DNA of 64,000 bases, from NCBI GenBank assembly GCA_041691135.1, contig JBEPVF010000001.1:128001-192000 (forward strand), read 5' to 3'. The translations under genes and the position numbers were made by a program. Shown one piece after another: positions 27,801 to 36,614 of the stretch. The DNA comes from Candidatus Peribacteria bacterium. Its GTDB lineage: Bacteria > Patescibacteriota > Gracilibacteria > Peribacterales > Peribacteraceae. How positions within the stretch are numbered: the stretch's first letter is position 1; every line of letters starts with the position of its first letter. The notes under the pieces are model-generated. The model did not search any database. It had not been told where the DNA came from and was given only the letters and a program-made list of their open reading frames with translations.

Positions 27801-28807
27801 ACAAATTCATTCAGGAATCAGAACCATGGCTGCTTGCATACATGGGAACCGGTGCGACTGTCGGATCAGATGAATACGATCTGCTTCGCAAGGGAACATT
27901 TGAGAATGAACAGCCACTCGAAGTTCGTAAGCGGTCACTTTTTGCGCTATTCATGCAACGTGTATCTAACAAAGAATTGAATCAGGAATTAACCCAGAAT
28001 AATCTTTCGCCCGAAACATTGAACCAATTTTACGAAGAAGATTTTCAGAAAATGGTTCTGCCGTTCTTCTCCGCCGCCCTCTTTGCAAACTTACAACAAT
28101 ATACAAGCGAACCGACTCTGATGAATGTGACTTGGCAGCAAGTTCGTGATTTGAATATTCAAAACAATTGGCTACAAGTGCCCGATGCAATGCCACACGA
28201 AGTCGAAACTGCCCTCGATCAATCTGCAGTGTTTTACGTACAACATTTGCGCGAGCAGCGTTATCTTCAGGGGCGTGAACTTATGGCTCAGGCTGTGCAT
28301 GATGGCGACCGAGAACTAGCAAAAGACCTGGACAAAGCAATGCAAGAGGCCGGTAGTAAACGTGTATTTGGCACAACACTCTATTCGGTCGACAGTGAAT
28401 TGCAGGAAAATCAGAGACTCATGAAAGAGCAGGGTCGTATGCGGCAAGGCGAGCCATCCCAAACACGCGCGCAAATTATTCTGCAGAAGCTATTGAGTCA
28501 ATTTGATGCGCCCGTAGATCGTTCTGGTAATAAGCGAACTTCTCATTCCTTGAGTTCCATGCTTCACGAACCTGATGCATTCGCTGTTCGTTTGGAAGCG
28601 GACAGTAAGTGGTGGGCAGGGGATCACTTTGTACCATCTGCCGGCTTTGACTTAAAAAACCTGTCTACGACGCTTGAGAAGCAGGAAAATGTTGATTTAT
28701 TTGGTGAGAGCGTCATTAAAGAGGATACGCGTACAAAAGAGCGCCGGAAGGAAACAGGGAAAAGTGGGTCAATTCTGGAACTGATTGAGGGCAGAAAAGC
28801 CGCTTAG
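24893..28807 (+). CDS. large hypothetical protein (1304 aa)
   Basis: Long uninterrupted ORF, helical, with internal Gly/Ala-rich hydrophobic segments and no recognisable family motif. Confidence 0.85.
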   Translation: MVEQIENRRPQAEEIPEYLEQTNAEELRKALDVKDSAMGWNTILQEVNRRSDVAEASPLKNRLTVLGLQKKRSDVEQKRQDVSFALLATLKLVKAGMPVMLHRELVFRSLARYLDEKQTYEKIWKGEVPGEINLPEYLTPYIRSKESGHMLIRATEIILPTQYDVQEKAKLNSTPRQLSSLSNVLLLGAVNRRVSLRYVLACVPNGTLSNDIEPYRAFLAVSGFQTNEGQDISPQELEATKFAVAYIAKYLDAVQTTAKLKGTKVEDMTVTDAIEASLSAHPLAEMTKEIMSHVSEISLWSVPDLREAAKKALENKNLYPDQLVQAALAPLGNLPEAANPTDRAEFEANASAVGKFFMGFDAERFAVKHVEEQIKPYNEKQKAMIRSLCEQVKSEKVTNQILRSLFVPEQEKDRKQLDKDATAQLQALIQNGELTLKETFQLYYLSNSKSGAGLPLAYSAIQILDKHGQSTLSFDLQARSLRSLAGLTLTGVSNLPKKLESFGFDESQAVEFRNGILALKESGFEHGANALLKLWSLLKNHWDILAAAGIIPAGISAWQLKVFIDGKRFRKFAFGGTEQVRQEFKLQGVTDDQIRILQKEMQEILAERDLLWKFNFPERFGLTGQAHTTLKAASQDVEGMAKMLHKRYGTAFDVAQKMREANITDDEIRHSLKGLGYDELKADEAIERIGKNTRAELAGLRSNIENLNVKRFEDMADQLNKRLDAIEAPDGPKGPKLAEARAKIVEDVRVFQRELNDLSRVQGNEEVRKAVIRRLFPDITEANMKTILRAHTTDGLQFKLDLLKRHLSPQRARRLIRLGIAGETPSAEVVKQASRGLRWGHITNGGFAVLDAVFVSDDLYKYGEEIDNDQRIRESLHRTLTEHGFTFDAKKDAFVKGPIVLQVEKDVLNKLSAKKDIAAGRVAIDVAAGAGSLSLLLVESGVAAPLGALLAAGVLTVHVYLDKKERAVAYKFIQESEPWLLAYMGTGATVGSDEYDLLRKGTFENEQPLEVRKRSLFALFMQRVSNKELNQELTQNNLSPETLNQFYEEDFQKMVLPFFSAALFANLQQYTSEPTLMNVTWQQVRDLNIQNNWLQVPDAMPHEVETALDQSAVFYVQHLREQRYLQGRELMAQAVHDGDRELAKDLDKAMQEAGSKRVFGTTLYSVDSELQENQRLMKEQGRMRQGEPSQTRAQIILQKLLSQFDAPVDRSGNKRTSHSLSSMLHEPDAFAVRLEADSKWWAGDHFVPSAGFDLKNLSTTLEKQENVDLFGESVIKEDTRTKERRKETGKSGSILELIEGRKAA

Positions 28808-28865
28808 TCTAGTGATTTAGACACAATCGAGCTATAGTGGCGACCTGAGAACTCGACTTTTTATT

Positions 28866-30680
28866 ATGAACATCCGCAACTTCTGCATCATCGCGCACAT
28901 TGACCACGGCAAATCCACCCTGGCCGACCGCATGATCGAATTCACTGGCACACTACAGAAGCGCGAGATGAAGGAGCAATTGCTCGACATGATGGATTTG
29001 GAGCGCGAACGCGGCATCACCATCAAGCTGCAACCGGTGCGCATGAATTACAAAAACTATCAGCTGAACCTGATCGATACGCCGGGACACACTGACTTCC
29101 GGTACGAAGTGAGCCGTTCGTTGGCCGCCTGCGAAGGCGCGATTTTACTGATCGACGCGTCACAGGGAATCCAGGCACAAACATTGGCAGTGCTCTACAT
29201 GGCGATGGAACATGATCTGGCCATCATCCCGGTCCTCAACAAGATTGATCTACCAGCTGCCGATCCCGACCGCGTGAGCGAAGAAGTGATGAAGTTACTA
29301 GGTTGTAAGAAAGAAGAAATTCTCCTCATCTCCGCCAAGGAGGGCAGGGGAGTGAGCGATGTTCTCGATGCCGTGATCGAACGCGTCTCAGCGCCAAGGG
29401 AGTCGGAACAGACCGGAGCAGCGCGCGCGCTTATTTTTGATGCCATCATGGACACCTATCGCGGCGGAGTTGCCTATGTGCGTGTGATCGAAGGCAGTTT
29501 TAAGAAGGGTCAAAAGGTAAATCTGCTCGGTACACAGACGCTATTCGAAGTGCAGGACGTGGGATTCTTTTCGCCGAAGTATATTTCCGATGCGGAACTG
29601 AAAGAAGGCGAAATCGGTTATATTGTCACGGGTCTGAAAGATGTCCGCGAAGTCCGGGTGGGCGATACGATTGCCTCGTCACCGACGGCAAAAATGCTGC
29701 CCGGCTACAAAGAAGTATTGCCAATGGTGTTCGCCGGATTATATCCATCCGAAGCCGATAACTACGCTGATTTGCGCGAAGCGCTCGAAAAACTATCACT
29801 CAACGATGCAGCTCTGCGCATGGAACCGGAACATAATTCCGCGTTGGGGAATGGCTTCCGTTGCGGATTTTTAGGCCTTCTGCATCTCGATATTATTCAA
29901 GAACGCTTGGAACGTGAATACAACTGCGATCTCGTGATTACGGCGCCCAGCGTGTTATATGAGGTAAAAGTCACAGCCGCCAAAATCGATGCCGTTGTAC
30001 GCAAAAGTCTGCTGAAGGAAGACGAGCCGAATGTTGCGCGCATTTCGAATCCGTCCGATCTTCCCGACCCGACGTATATCGACGAAATACGCGAACCGTG
30101 GGTGCGTCTCGAAATCGTGTGTCGCAAGCAGGATGTAGGAGTCTGTATGTCGATGGTCCAAGAACGTCGCGGTGATTATCAAGCCCTTGAATATCTGGAC
30201 GCCGATCGCGCACTGATGCACTTCGAGGTTCCGCTCCAGGCAATCGTGCTCGACTTCTTCGATACGCTTAAGTCCGCCACGTCCGGTTACGCATCCATGA
30301 GCTACGAGCCGCTCGGCTATCGGGCAGGAGACTTGGTGAAGCTCAGCATCCTGTTGCTGGGTGAACCGGCCGAAGCGCTCAGTACTATCGTGCACCGATC
30401 CGAAGCGCAGCATGTAGGAGGCATTGTGTGTAAACAACTGAAGGAAGTGCTACCTAAAGCCCAATTTCAGATTCCCATCCAGGCCGCTATCGGCTCCAAA
30501 GTCGTCGCCCGCGAAACGGTCTCTGCTTTACGCAAAGATGTAACCGGCTATCTGTACGGTGGCGACGTATCACGCAAAAACAAACTGCTCGATAAGCAGA
30601 AGAAAGGCAAAAAGCGTATGAAGCAGATGGGGAAGGTGACGCTAAGCCAGGATGCGTTCCTAGCTGTCCTTAAGAGATAG
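28866..30680 (+). CDS. lepA: elongation factor 4
   Basis: IRNFCIIAHIDHGKSTLADR, DTPGH, FRCGFLGLLH, KQKKGKKRMK. Confidence 0.98.
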   Translation: MNIRNFCIIAHIDHGKSTLADRMIEFTGTLQKREMKEQLLDMMDLERERGITIKLQPVRMNYKNYQLNLIDTPGHTDFRYEVSRSLAACEGAILLIDASQGIQAQTLAVLYMAMEHDLAIIPVLNKIDLPAADPDRVSEEVMKLLGCKKEEILLISAKEGRGVSDVLDAVIERVSAPRESEQTGAARALIFDAIMDTYRGGVAYVRVIEGSFKKGQKVNLLGTQTLFEVQDVGFFSPKYISDAELKEGEIGYIVTGLKDVREVRVGDTIASSPTAKMLPGYKEVLPMVFAGLYPSEADNYADLREALEKLSLNDAALRMEPEHNSALGNGFRCGFLGLLHLDIIQERLEREYNCDLVITAPSVLYEVKVTAAKIDAVVRKSLLKEDEPNVARISNPSDLPDPTYIDEIREPWVRLEIVCRKQDVGVCMSMVQERRGDYQALEYLDADRALMHFEVPLQAIVLDFFDTLKSATSGYASMSYEPLGYRAGDLVKLSILLLGEPAEALSTIVHRSEAQHVGGIVCKQLKEVLPKAQFQIPIQAAIGSKVVARETVSALRKDVTGYLYGGDVSRKNKLLDKQKKGKKRMKQMGKVTLSQDAFLAVLKR

Positions 30681-31175
30681 CTACTGCTTATCAAAATGCA
30701 TTTCACCTCTGTGCGCCCATTTTGGTGGAAGTCCCTCTAAAAGAACACTGACTGCTTCCTGAATTTTCACTATTCGTTTGCTGCATATTTCTCGCAAACC
30801 CTTTAAAGACTCGTTTGTAAGATCTTTGGCTTCTTTTTCACTCAATTCGTTCATGCCGGAAACCAAATGAAACCTCCTCTTTTTTTCTAATATTTCACGT
30901 CTCAGGTTCTTAATATCATCAGACGCAAAAACTGCTTGCATCAGCCGGTATAAATTTGAATTTTTGTCCTGGGGAAGATCAAGGATTCGGTCCTTTCTAT
31001 CCTGAGTCAGCGCCATGCAGCCTTCTCGTGTCATTTTCAGAAATTGCTCAATTCTTCTCTGAACTTCAGATTCCATCAAAGCTTCAAATATTTCCCTATT
31101 CCCTTTTACTAGGAATCTGCGTAAAAAAATATTTGTGGCCGTTTCCTCTGTATGATGCTTTTCATTATTTGACAT
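30681..31175 (-). CDS. hypothetical protein (AT-rich)
   Basis: 164-aa charged ORF; TATTTT 6 nt upstream. Confidence 0.6.
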   Translation of the reverse strand: MSNNEKHHTEETATNIFLRRFLVKGNREIFEALMESEVQRRIEQFLKMTREGCMALTQDRKDRILDLPQDKNSNLYRLMQAVFASDDIKNLRREILEKKRRFHLVSGMNELSEKEAKDLTNESLKGLREICSKRIVKIQEAVSVLLEGLPPKWAHRGEMHFDKQ

Positions 31176-31266
31176 ACTGATAAAATAGCACTATTTACGG
31201 ATTACGGTAAATACTATCTGCCTATTTTCTCTACCAGTTACAATTATGGCACAGATGCTAAGCCTA

Positions 31267-31968
31267 TTATTCATCATCCGGATCCTCTTTTTTAGGTTTT
31301 TGGAGTAATGTCCGATCCATCGCATCGAGGAACGGCTCGAAGATCGATTGCAAAATACTTGCCGTGAACACATGCAAATTCTCGAACGGAATTTCTTTGT
31401 TTCCTCCTTGTGAGGACTGGAAGAAATCCTGCAGCACAAACGTCGTGAGCTGAAGAACAGTTCCATCGATATTATGCTCATCCACCATCAGATGCAGCAA
31501 TACCTGCTGGGTTTCCAATGACAACACCATTTGCATTCGCGTGATCCATTCAATCAGGTGACGATTGGCCTCGGCTTCCAATTGAGTATTGGCAGCAACC
31601 TGCATATTTTCGCTGAGCGCTTCGGCGGATGTTTTTCCGCCCACCTCGGTCAGGTACTCCTGCACGACAGTCAGACATTCTTCGTTAATCAACGAGAGAA
31701 TCGCAAGAATGAATATCGAGGGACAATCACGTGCGACCAACCGTGAGATCAGTACAAAGAGATGCGTGTATTTTTCATCGCCCAAAAACTGGATGATCGT
31801 CCGGGCCACGCGGGTATCGCGGCGCTTGCTCTTCTTTTCCTCGCGCTTGGCAGCCTGCATGCCAGCGGCAGCCGCCGCAAATCGCTGCTTCGCTTGTTCA
31901 CTTAATTGCTCAGGGGCCGATGAACCGCCCTCTCCAGGTACGTAGGATTCGGAACCGAATTCGGACAT
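31267..31968 (-). CDS. hypothetical protein
   Basis: 233-aa ORF; TACACT 6 nt upstream. Confidence 0.8.
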   Translation of the reverse strand: MSEFGSESYVPGEGGSSAPEQLSEQAKQRFAAAAAGMQAAKREEKKSKRRDTRVARTIIQFLGDEKYTHLFVLISRLVARDCPSIFILAILSLINEECLTVVQEYLTEVGGKTSAEALSENMQVAANTQLEAEANRHLIEWITRMQMVLSLETQQVLLHLMVDEHNIDGTVLQLTTFVLQDFFQSSQGGNKEIPFENLHVFTASILQSIFEPFLDAMDRTLLQKPKKEDPDDE

Positions 31969-32066
31969 GTGGATAGTGTAGCTGGATCAGGCGATGAAGA
32001 AAATGCTTCAGGATCATCAAAAAAGCATCGATAAAACGATGCTCCCTCATTAATCAGGTGCTTGTA

Positions 32067-32354
32067 TTACTGAGCTGTTTTTGGTTCGATATGTATCACC
32101 GTTGCGCGGTCTTTGCTGCCATTAAACTTTAACGCGCGAGTTTTGGTGAACCTGACCGTACCAGGGACGGACGCATGGATCGTCCAATCATTGCCGACGT
32201 AAGTATTCTCGCCAGGGCGGTACCAGTAGCCTTTCTGACGGATCAAAATCTCGCCTGCATTCACAATTTGGCCGCCAAAACGCTTTACACCGCGGCGCTT
32301 CGCAATGCTATCTCGACCGTTTGATGTAGAGCCTCCGGCTTTCTTATGTGCCAT
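32067..32354 (-). CDS. rpmA: 50S ribosomal protein L27
   Basis: [33 protein letters not shown]. Confidence 0.96.
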   Translation of the reverse strand: MAHKKAGGSTSNGRDSIAKRRGVKRFGGQIVNAGEILIRQKGYWYRPGENTYVGNDWTIHASVPGTVRFTKTRALKFNGSKDRATVIHIEPKTAQ

Positions 32355-32425
32355 AGTGCGGAGATTGTACTTAGGATTTCGTGCCTTGCAAGAGAAAAGA
32401 AAGTCAGCCAGAATGCGTTTAACGT

Positions 32426-32502
<77 letters not shown>

Positions 32503-32524
32503 TATAAAGCCGCTTAGTGGCCAC

Positions 32525-33031
32525 ATGGCGCGGCCAATGCATATGACTGAATTACAAAACACTACAGCACACGCAACCCTCAGGTGGATTACTTCAGTTT
32601 TCAAGAAACACGCCATTCCTTTCCAGATCAATGGAGGACTTGCTGCTCAGACATATGGAGCAATACGACCGTTGTATGATATTGATGTGAGAAACAGCGA
32701 CTTTCCTCAGCTGAAGAAACTTTTTTCTGCGTACATTGTATCCGGCCCCGAGCGCATTGCCGACGGCCATTGGGAATTGGAATTGATGACACTGAATCAC
32801 AATGACAATTTGATTGATTTGGCCGGCACTGATGATGTGCAAATGAAAAATGGCCAGACACAGGAATGGGTACCATTGCTTTGCGACATTCGAAAAGGAA
32901 TGCCGACAATGGTACTAGACATCCCTGATCTGCCTGTTATTCCTCAAGCGGATTTAATCGCGTACAAAAATATTCTTGCTCGTCCGACCGACCTGGTCGA
33001 TATCGAACAGATGAAAAGGACTCATAATTGA
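32525..33031 (+). CDS. nucleotidyltransferase-fold protein
   Basis: INGGLAAQTYGAIRPLYDID and LIAYK...RPTDLVDI motifs; start may be 32543. Confidence 0.7.
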   Translation: MARPMHMTELQNTTAHATLRWITSVFKKHAIPFQINGGLAAQTYGAIRPLYDIDVRNSDFPQLKKLFSAYIVSGPERIADGHWELELMTLNHNDNLIDLAGTDDVQMKNGQTQEWVPLLCDIRKGMPTMVLDIPDLPVIPQADLIAYKNILARPTDLVDIEQMKRTHN

Positions 33032-33041
33032 TGAATCTTTT

Positions 33042-33485
33042 TTACAGACCTTTCTTTAATCGATCAATCTGATCGCGGTGGAACAGGTAGATATTCCAAT
33101 GCTGAGTAACCGGCATCTGCTGCAATAACTCTTCGTAGGCAGCCTCCTGTTCCTGCGTAGGAGTGAGCGCATCCGGGTTTGTTTTATTCGCCGAATCAGC
33201 GGTGATAATCAGCACTTTTTCTCCCGGATTCAGCTTGTTCAGGTTTTCTTTGGCGTACTTGTCTTTGTACTGGGATGAACGATAGTAATCCAAATCTTCG
33301 CGGCTCTTGGAAATGCTCTCGCGCAACATGCCATTGTCGGCACTCATTTTCTGGAGCTCTTCTTCGAACAGCACGTTGCGGTAGAAAGAAAGCGCCAGTC
33401 CAAAAGCCATGAAGCCCACGACAGTCAACCCGACGACAATAGTGAGCTGTTTACTGATCGGCTCAAGATCCTTATACGACTGCAT
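33042..33485 (-). CDS. FtsB/DivIC-like septum formation initiator
   Basis: One TM, coiled coil, YKDKYAKENLNKLNPGEKVLII. Confidence 0.85.
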   Translation of the reverse strand: MQSYKDLEPISKQLTIVVGLTVVGFMAFGLALSFYRNVLFEEELQKMSADNGMLRESISKSREDLDYYRSSQYKDKYAKENLNKLNPGEKVLIITADSANKTNPDALTPTQEQEAAYEELLQQMPVTQHWNIYLFHRDQIDRLKKGL

Positions 33486-33560
33486 TCGCCTCCTAGGGTA
33501 GCAAGCGCACGCTGTCCGGTCACATGATTTCACTTGTTGGTTTACGTGATTCGGGGGATG

Positions 33561-33652
33561 CAAGGAATTGTGAGAATCCAAGGACGGAGAGTTCTCATTT
33601 TATCTCTTCTCTGAATCTGTTGAATTCCTTCATTCTCTTCAATCTTCGCCTT
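33561..33652. repeat. degenerate nonamer repeat element
   Basis: AAGGAATTG-TGAGAATCC-AAGGACGGA followed by inverse-type GAATCTGTT-GAATTCCTT-CATTCTCTT-CAATCTTCG. Confidence 0.45.
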
Positions 33653-33695
33653 TAACCCTCTTTCCCACGCCGCTTGCCTCCAGTACAATCTTGCC

Positions 33696-34982
33696 GTGCA
33701 CATCTATTGCAGTGGCATCGGCGGAATCGGCCTCAGTGCCTACGCTTCGCTTCAACATGAAGCAGGGCACGTCGTGTCTGGCAGTGATCGTGCGATGTCC
33801 CCGCTGATAGAAGATTTACAGTCTCAGGGCATCACCGTTTTTCTGAATCAGGATGGGACGTCCGTTCACGCCGATATCGATCTGTTCGTCTACTCTGAGG
33901 CCATTCCGAATTCGGCCCCCGAGCGTGTTCGTGCATCCGAACTCGGTGTGCAACAAATGTCTTATCCGGAGGCTCTCAGTAAAATAACGGACGGGTTCAC
34001 CGTCGTCGCTGTGTGCGGCACGCACGGAAAATCGTCGACGACCGGAATGGTTGCCCGGCTACTCATGCAAACCGGCCGCGACCCGACTGTAGTCATCGGT
34101 ACGAAGATGCCGGAACTCGATGGCCGGAACTGGCGGCGCGGTCAGAGCGCTTTATTCGTCTTGGAAGCGTGTGAGTACCGCAAATCGTTTCATTTCTACA
34201 AACCGCAAATCATTCTGATGACCAATTGTGACGGCGATCATTTTGATTACTACAAGAGCACCGAGCTGTATCAGGAAGCATTCCGTGATTTCCTGCAGCT
34301 TCTTCCACCATCGGGTGTCGTGATCACGCATATGTCTGATCCCGATTGCCAACGTGTAGCCGTCGCCAGCGAGCGAACAGCGGTGGATGCCGATGAATAT
34401 CCGCTGATCGATTTGCAAACGCCCGGCCTGCACATGAAACAGAATGCTCAACTAGTACTGGCGCTCGCTAATGAGCTCGGCATCACGCAGGAAGACGCGA
34501 TTGCAGCCGTCGCGCCGTTCGCCGGCACGTGGCGACGCATGGAAACGAAGGGAACGTTCGGCAACGATATTACCGTCATTGATGATTACGCTCATCATCC
34601 GCGCGAAATACGAGCGACCATCAGCGCCATTCGCGGCAAATATCCCAATCGCCGGTTGGTAGCTGTTTTTCAGCCACATACGCATAATCGGACAATCAAG
34701 CTGTTCGATCAGTTTGCGGATGCATTCCAGGGACTTGATCAATTGTTCGTCACCGATGTGTACGATGCCCGCAGTGATATCGAAACTGATGTGACCGATA
34801 TAGACGCACTCGTCCAAAGCATTTCCACGCAGAGCGGTGTTCAGGCCATTCGCGGCGGCTCGCTGGAAGAAACGGAAGCACTGGTTCGATCATCGCTCCA
34901 GCCGCATGACGTCGTGCTATTCATGGGAGCGGGCGATATCACCAATTTGGCCGGGAAAATGGTCGACAAGAAAAAGGAATAA
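33696..34982 (+). CDS. murC: UDP-N-acetylmuramate--L-alanine ligase
   Basis: GIGGIGLS, GTHGKSSTT, EACEY, DDYAHHPREI, FQPHT, MGAGDI; GTG start. Confidence 0.96.
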   Translation: MHIYCSGIGGIGLSAYASLQHEAGHVVSGSDRAMSPLIEDLQSQGITVFLNQDGTSVHADIDLFVYSEAIPNSAPERVRASELGVQQMSYPEALSKITDGFTVVAVCGTHGKSSTTGMVARLLMQTGRDPTVVIGTKMPELDGRNWRRGQSALFVLEACEYRKSFHFYKPQIILMTNCDGDHFDYYKSTELYQEAFRDFLQLLPPSGVVITHMSDPDCQRVAVASERTAVDADEYPLIDLQTPGLHMKQNAQLVLALANELGITQEDAIAAVAPFAGTWRRMETKGTFGNDITVIDDYAHHPREIRATISAIRGKYPNRRLVAVFQPHTHNRTIKLFDQFADAFQGLDQLFVTDVYDARSDIETDVTDIDALVQSISTQSGVQAIRGGSLEETEALVRSSLQPHDVVLFMGAGDITNLAGKMVDKKKE

Positions 34983-35004
34983 TGTTCAGCTCCGCTGAGC
35001 CTTC

Positions 35005-36255
35005 TCAATGCCCTTTTACGATGTCCTGCACCATGACACTCAGAATTTTAGCCAGTTCCGCACGGTTCACCGACAACGATGGCTGGAACGCTCCTGCATC
35101 AGTCGTTATAAACTGATGAGTCGCAGAAGTTTCGATGGCCGCTGCATACGGCGTTCGGGCAGTCACATCGGTAAACACCGTACCTTTCGGCCACTCCAGT
35201 GGAATATCCATTGCCTGCAGCAGCGTTTCGAGTACTTCAGCACGTGTCGCCGGTCGTGTGGCATCAAGATGTGAATCCTGGAAGACCGCCCATCCTTTTT
35301 GCTCGGCCGAAGCAATGTACGGCGAAAACCACTGGAATCGTGCACGCAGATTTTCGGGCTGGGCGCTCATATCAATGGTCACAATCGATCCTATTTTATG
35401 GGCGATCTTTGCCAGCTCGGCGATCGTGACCGGCTGATCGGGACCGAAAATGCCGGCAGGATGTCCGCTGCGATCCGAGTAGCCGCTGAGGATGCCTGTC
35501 TTCGTAACATCGAAAACGTACGTGGCAAACCATGCAGTGCGCGGCACATCGGTAAACACCACATCTTTTCCGTCAATTTTCTGCGTGATAAAAGCATCAC
35601 TCGTTTCCTTTTTCTGATTCGTCTGAGCTTGCAATGTATCGCACTTGAGAACAATGGAGAAACTGACGCGGCTTCTGTTTTTGAGGTCAGAAGACTGCGC
35701 CGGTGGCTGCGGACAGCCATCCGGCAAATAGGTAACGCTGTACTGACCGACCGACACATCGTCGAATGATTGCGGCGTCACGCCTTCGGTAGTGGTGTTG
35801 GGCCCGCGCAGACGAAACGGTACACCGGGAGGATCGCTGGTAACACCCACAAAACCGGTATTGCCCAGCGAATACTGAATGACGAAATGCGGAACGGTCT
35901 GTCCGGTCAGATCGAAACTGTACTGTGGACGGTCGATCGTTTCGACCAATACGTCATTTTGGTATACATAGATATGGGTACTCATTCCCTTGGGAGGCGT
36001 AATGAACATCGTGTAACGCCCCAATGCAAGATGATAGAGCGTGACTTTGGACAAAGTCCGTACGATGGACTGCTGATTGGGATCGAGGAATGACACGTAA
36101 CCGACCTCGTCGATCGGACTCTTTTGTTCGTACGATAATGCACCTTCGATGCCCGAGGCATTCGGATCATCCGCGAATGCGACCGGGAGAAAACTTAGAG
36201 TGAGTGATGTAAGAAGAGCAATCGAAAGAACGGAGGAGAGGGGAGTGGAACGCAT
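35005..36255 (-). CDS. S-layer homology (SLH) domain surface protein with a PEGA-like domain
   Basis: Signal peptide; VTSDPPG...GVTP; FTDVPRTAWF...VTIAELAK, ATRAE and VNRAELAKI SLH repeats. Confidence 0.85.
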   Translation of the reverse strand: MRSTPLSSVLSIALLTSLTLSFLPVAFADDPNASGIEGALSYEQKSPIDEVGYVSFLDPNQQSIVRTLSKVTLYHLALGRYTMFITPPKGMSTHIYVYQNDVLVETIDRPQYSFDLTGQTVPHFVIQYSLGNTGFVGVTSDPPGVPFRLRGPNTTTEGVTPQSFDDVSVGQYSVTYLPDGCPQPPAQSSDLKNRSRVSFSIVLKCDTLQAQTNQKKETSDAFITQKIDGKDVVFTDVPRTAWFATYVFDVTKTGILSGYSDRSGHPAGIFGPDQPVTIAELAKIAHKIGSIVTIDMSAQPENLRARFQWFSPYIASAEQKGWAVFQDSHLDATRPATRAEVLETLLQAMDIPLEWPKGTVFTDVTARTPYAAAIETSATHQFITTDAGAFQPSLSVNRAELAKILSVMVQDIVKGH

Positions 36256-36325
36256 GATGAATATTCTTGCATGAGTGAAACAAAGAAGCCATATCGCCAA
36301 CCACGCACTTGAGTTCGTTGAAGAT

Positions 36326-36347
36326 GGGCCGCCGCGGTGGGCGGCCC
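36326..36347 (-). terminator. GC hairpin after small ORF
   Basis: GGGCCGCC/GGCGGCCC stem with a weak U tract. Confidence 0.45.
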
Positions 36348-36367
36348 GGAAGGTGCCTAGCGACGGT

Positions 36368-36544
36368 TCATCGGAAGAGTGAACCCACTCCGCCGAGGAT
36401 GAACAGTACGCCGATGGTTCCCAATAGTATTTCCGTTCCAATTTTCTGCCTGGCCCGAAAACCTGAAACCAGACCCTGAACAGCGACCACGCTGACAAAC
36501 AATCCGTCGGCAAGGATCACTGTGCTTTCCCACCACTGGACCAT
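36368..36544 (-). CDS. putative 58-aa two-TM small protein
   Basis: MVQWWESTVILADGLFVSVVAVQGLVSGFRARQKIGTEILLGTIGVLFILGGVGSLFR*. AGGGAG RBS, TTGACA promoter upstream, hairpin downstream. Confidence 0.65.
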   Translation of the reverse strand: MVQWWESTVILADGLFVSVVAVQGLVSGFRARQKIGTEILLGTIGVLFILGGVGSLFR

Positions 36545-36614
36545 TGGATTTCTCCCTAGGAGTAGGTTTGGACAACAAAATTAAAATACACTACAAACAA
36601 AAATTGTCAAAATT

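Noticed and set aside
36256-36513. N-terminal extension of the SLH protein ORF
   Set aside because: The signal peptide begins at 36255, and the upstream region holds a separate 58-aa ORF in another frame.
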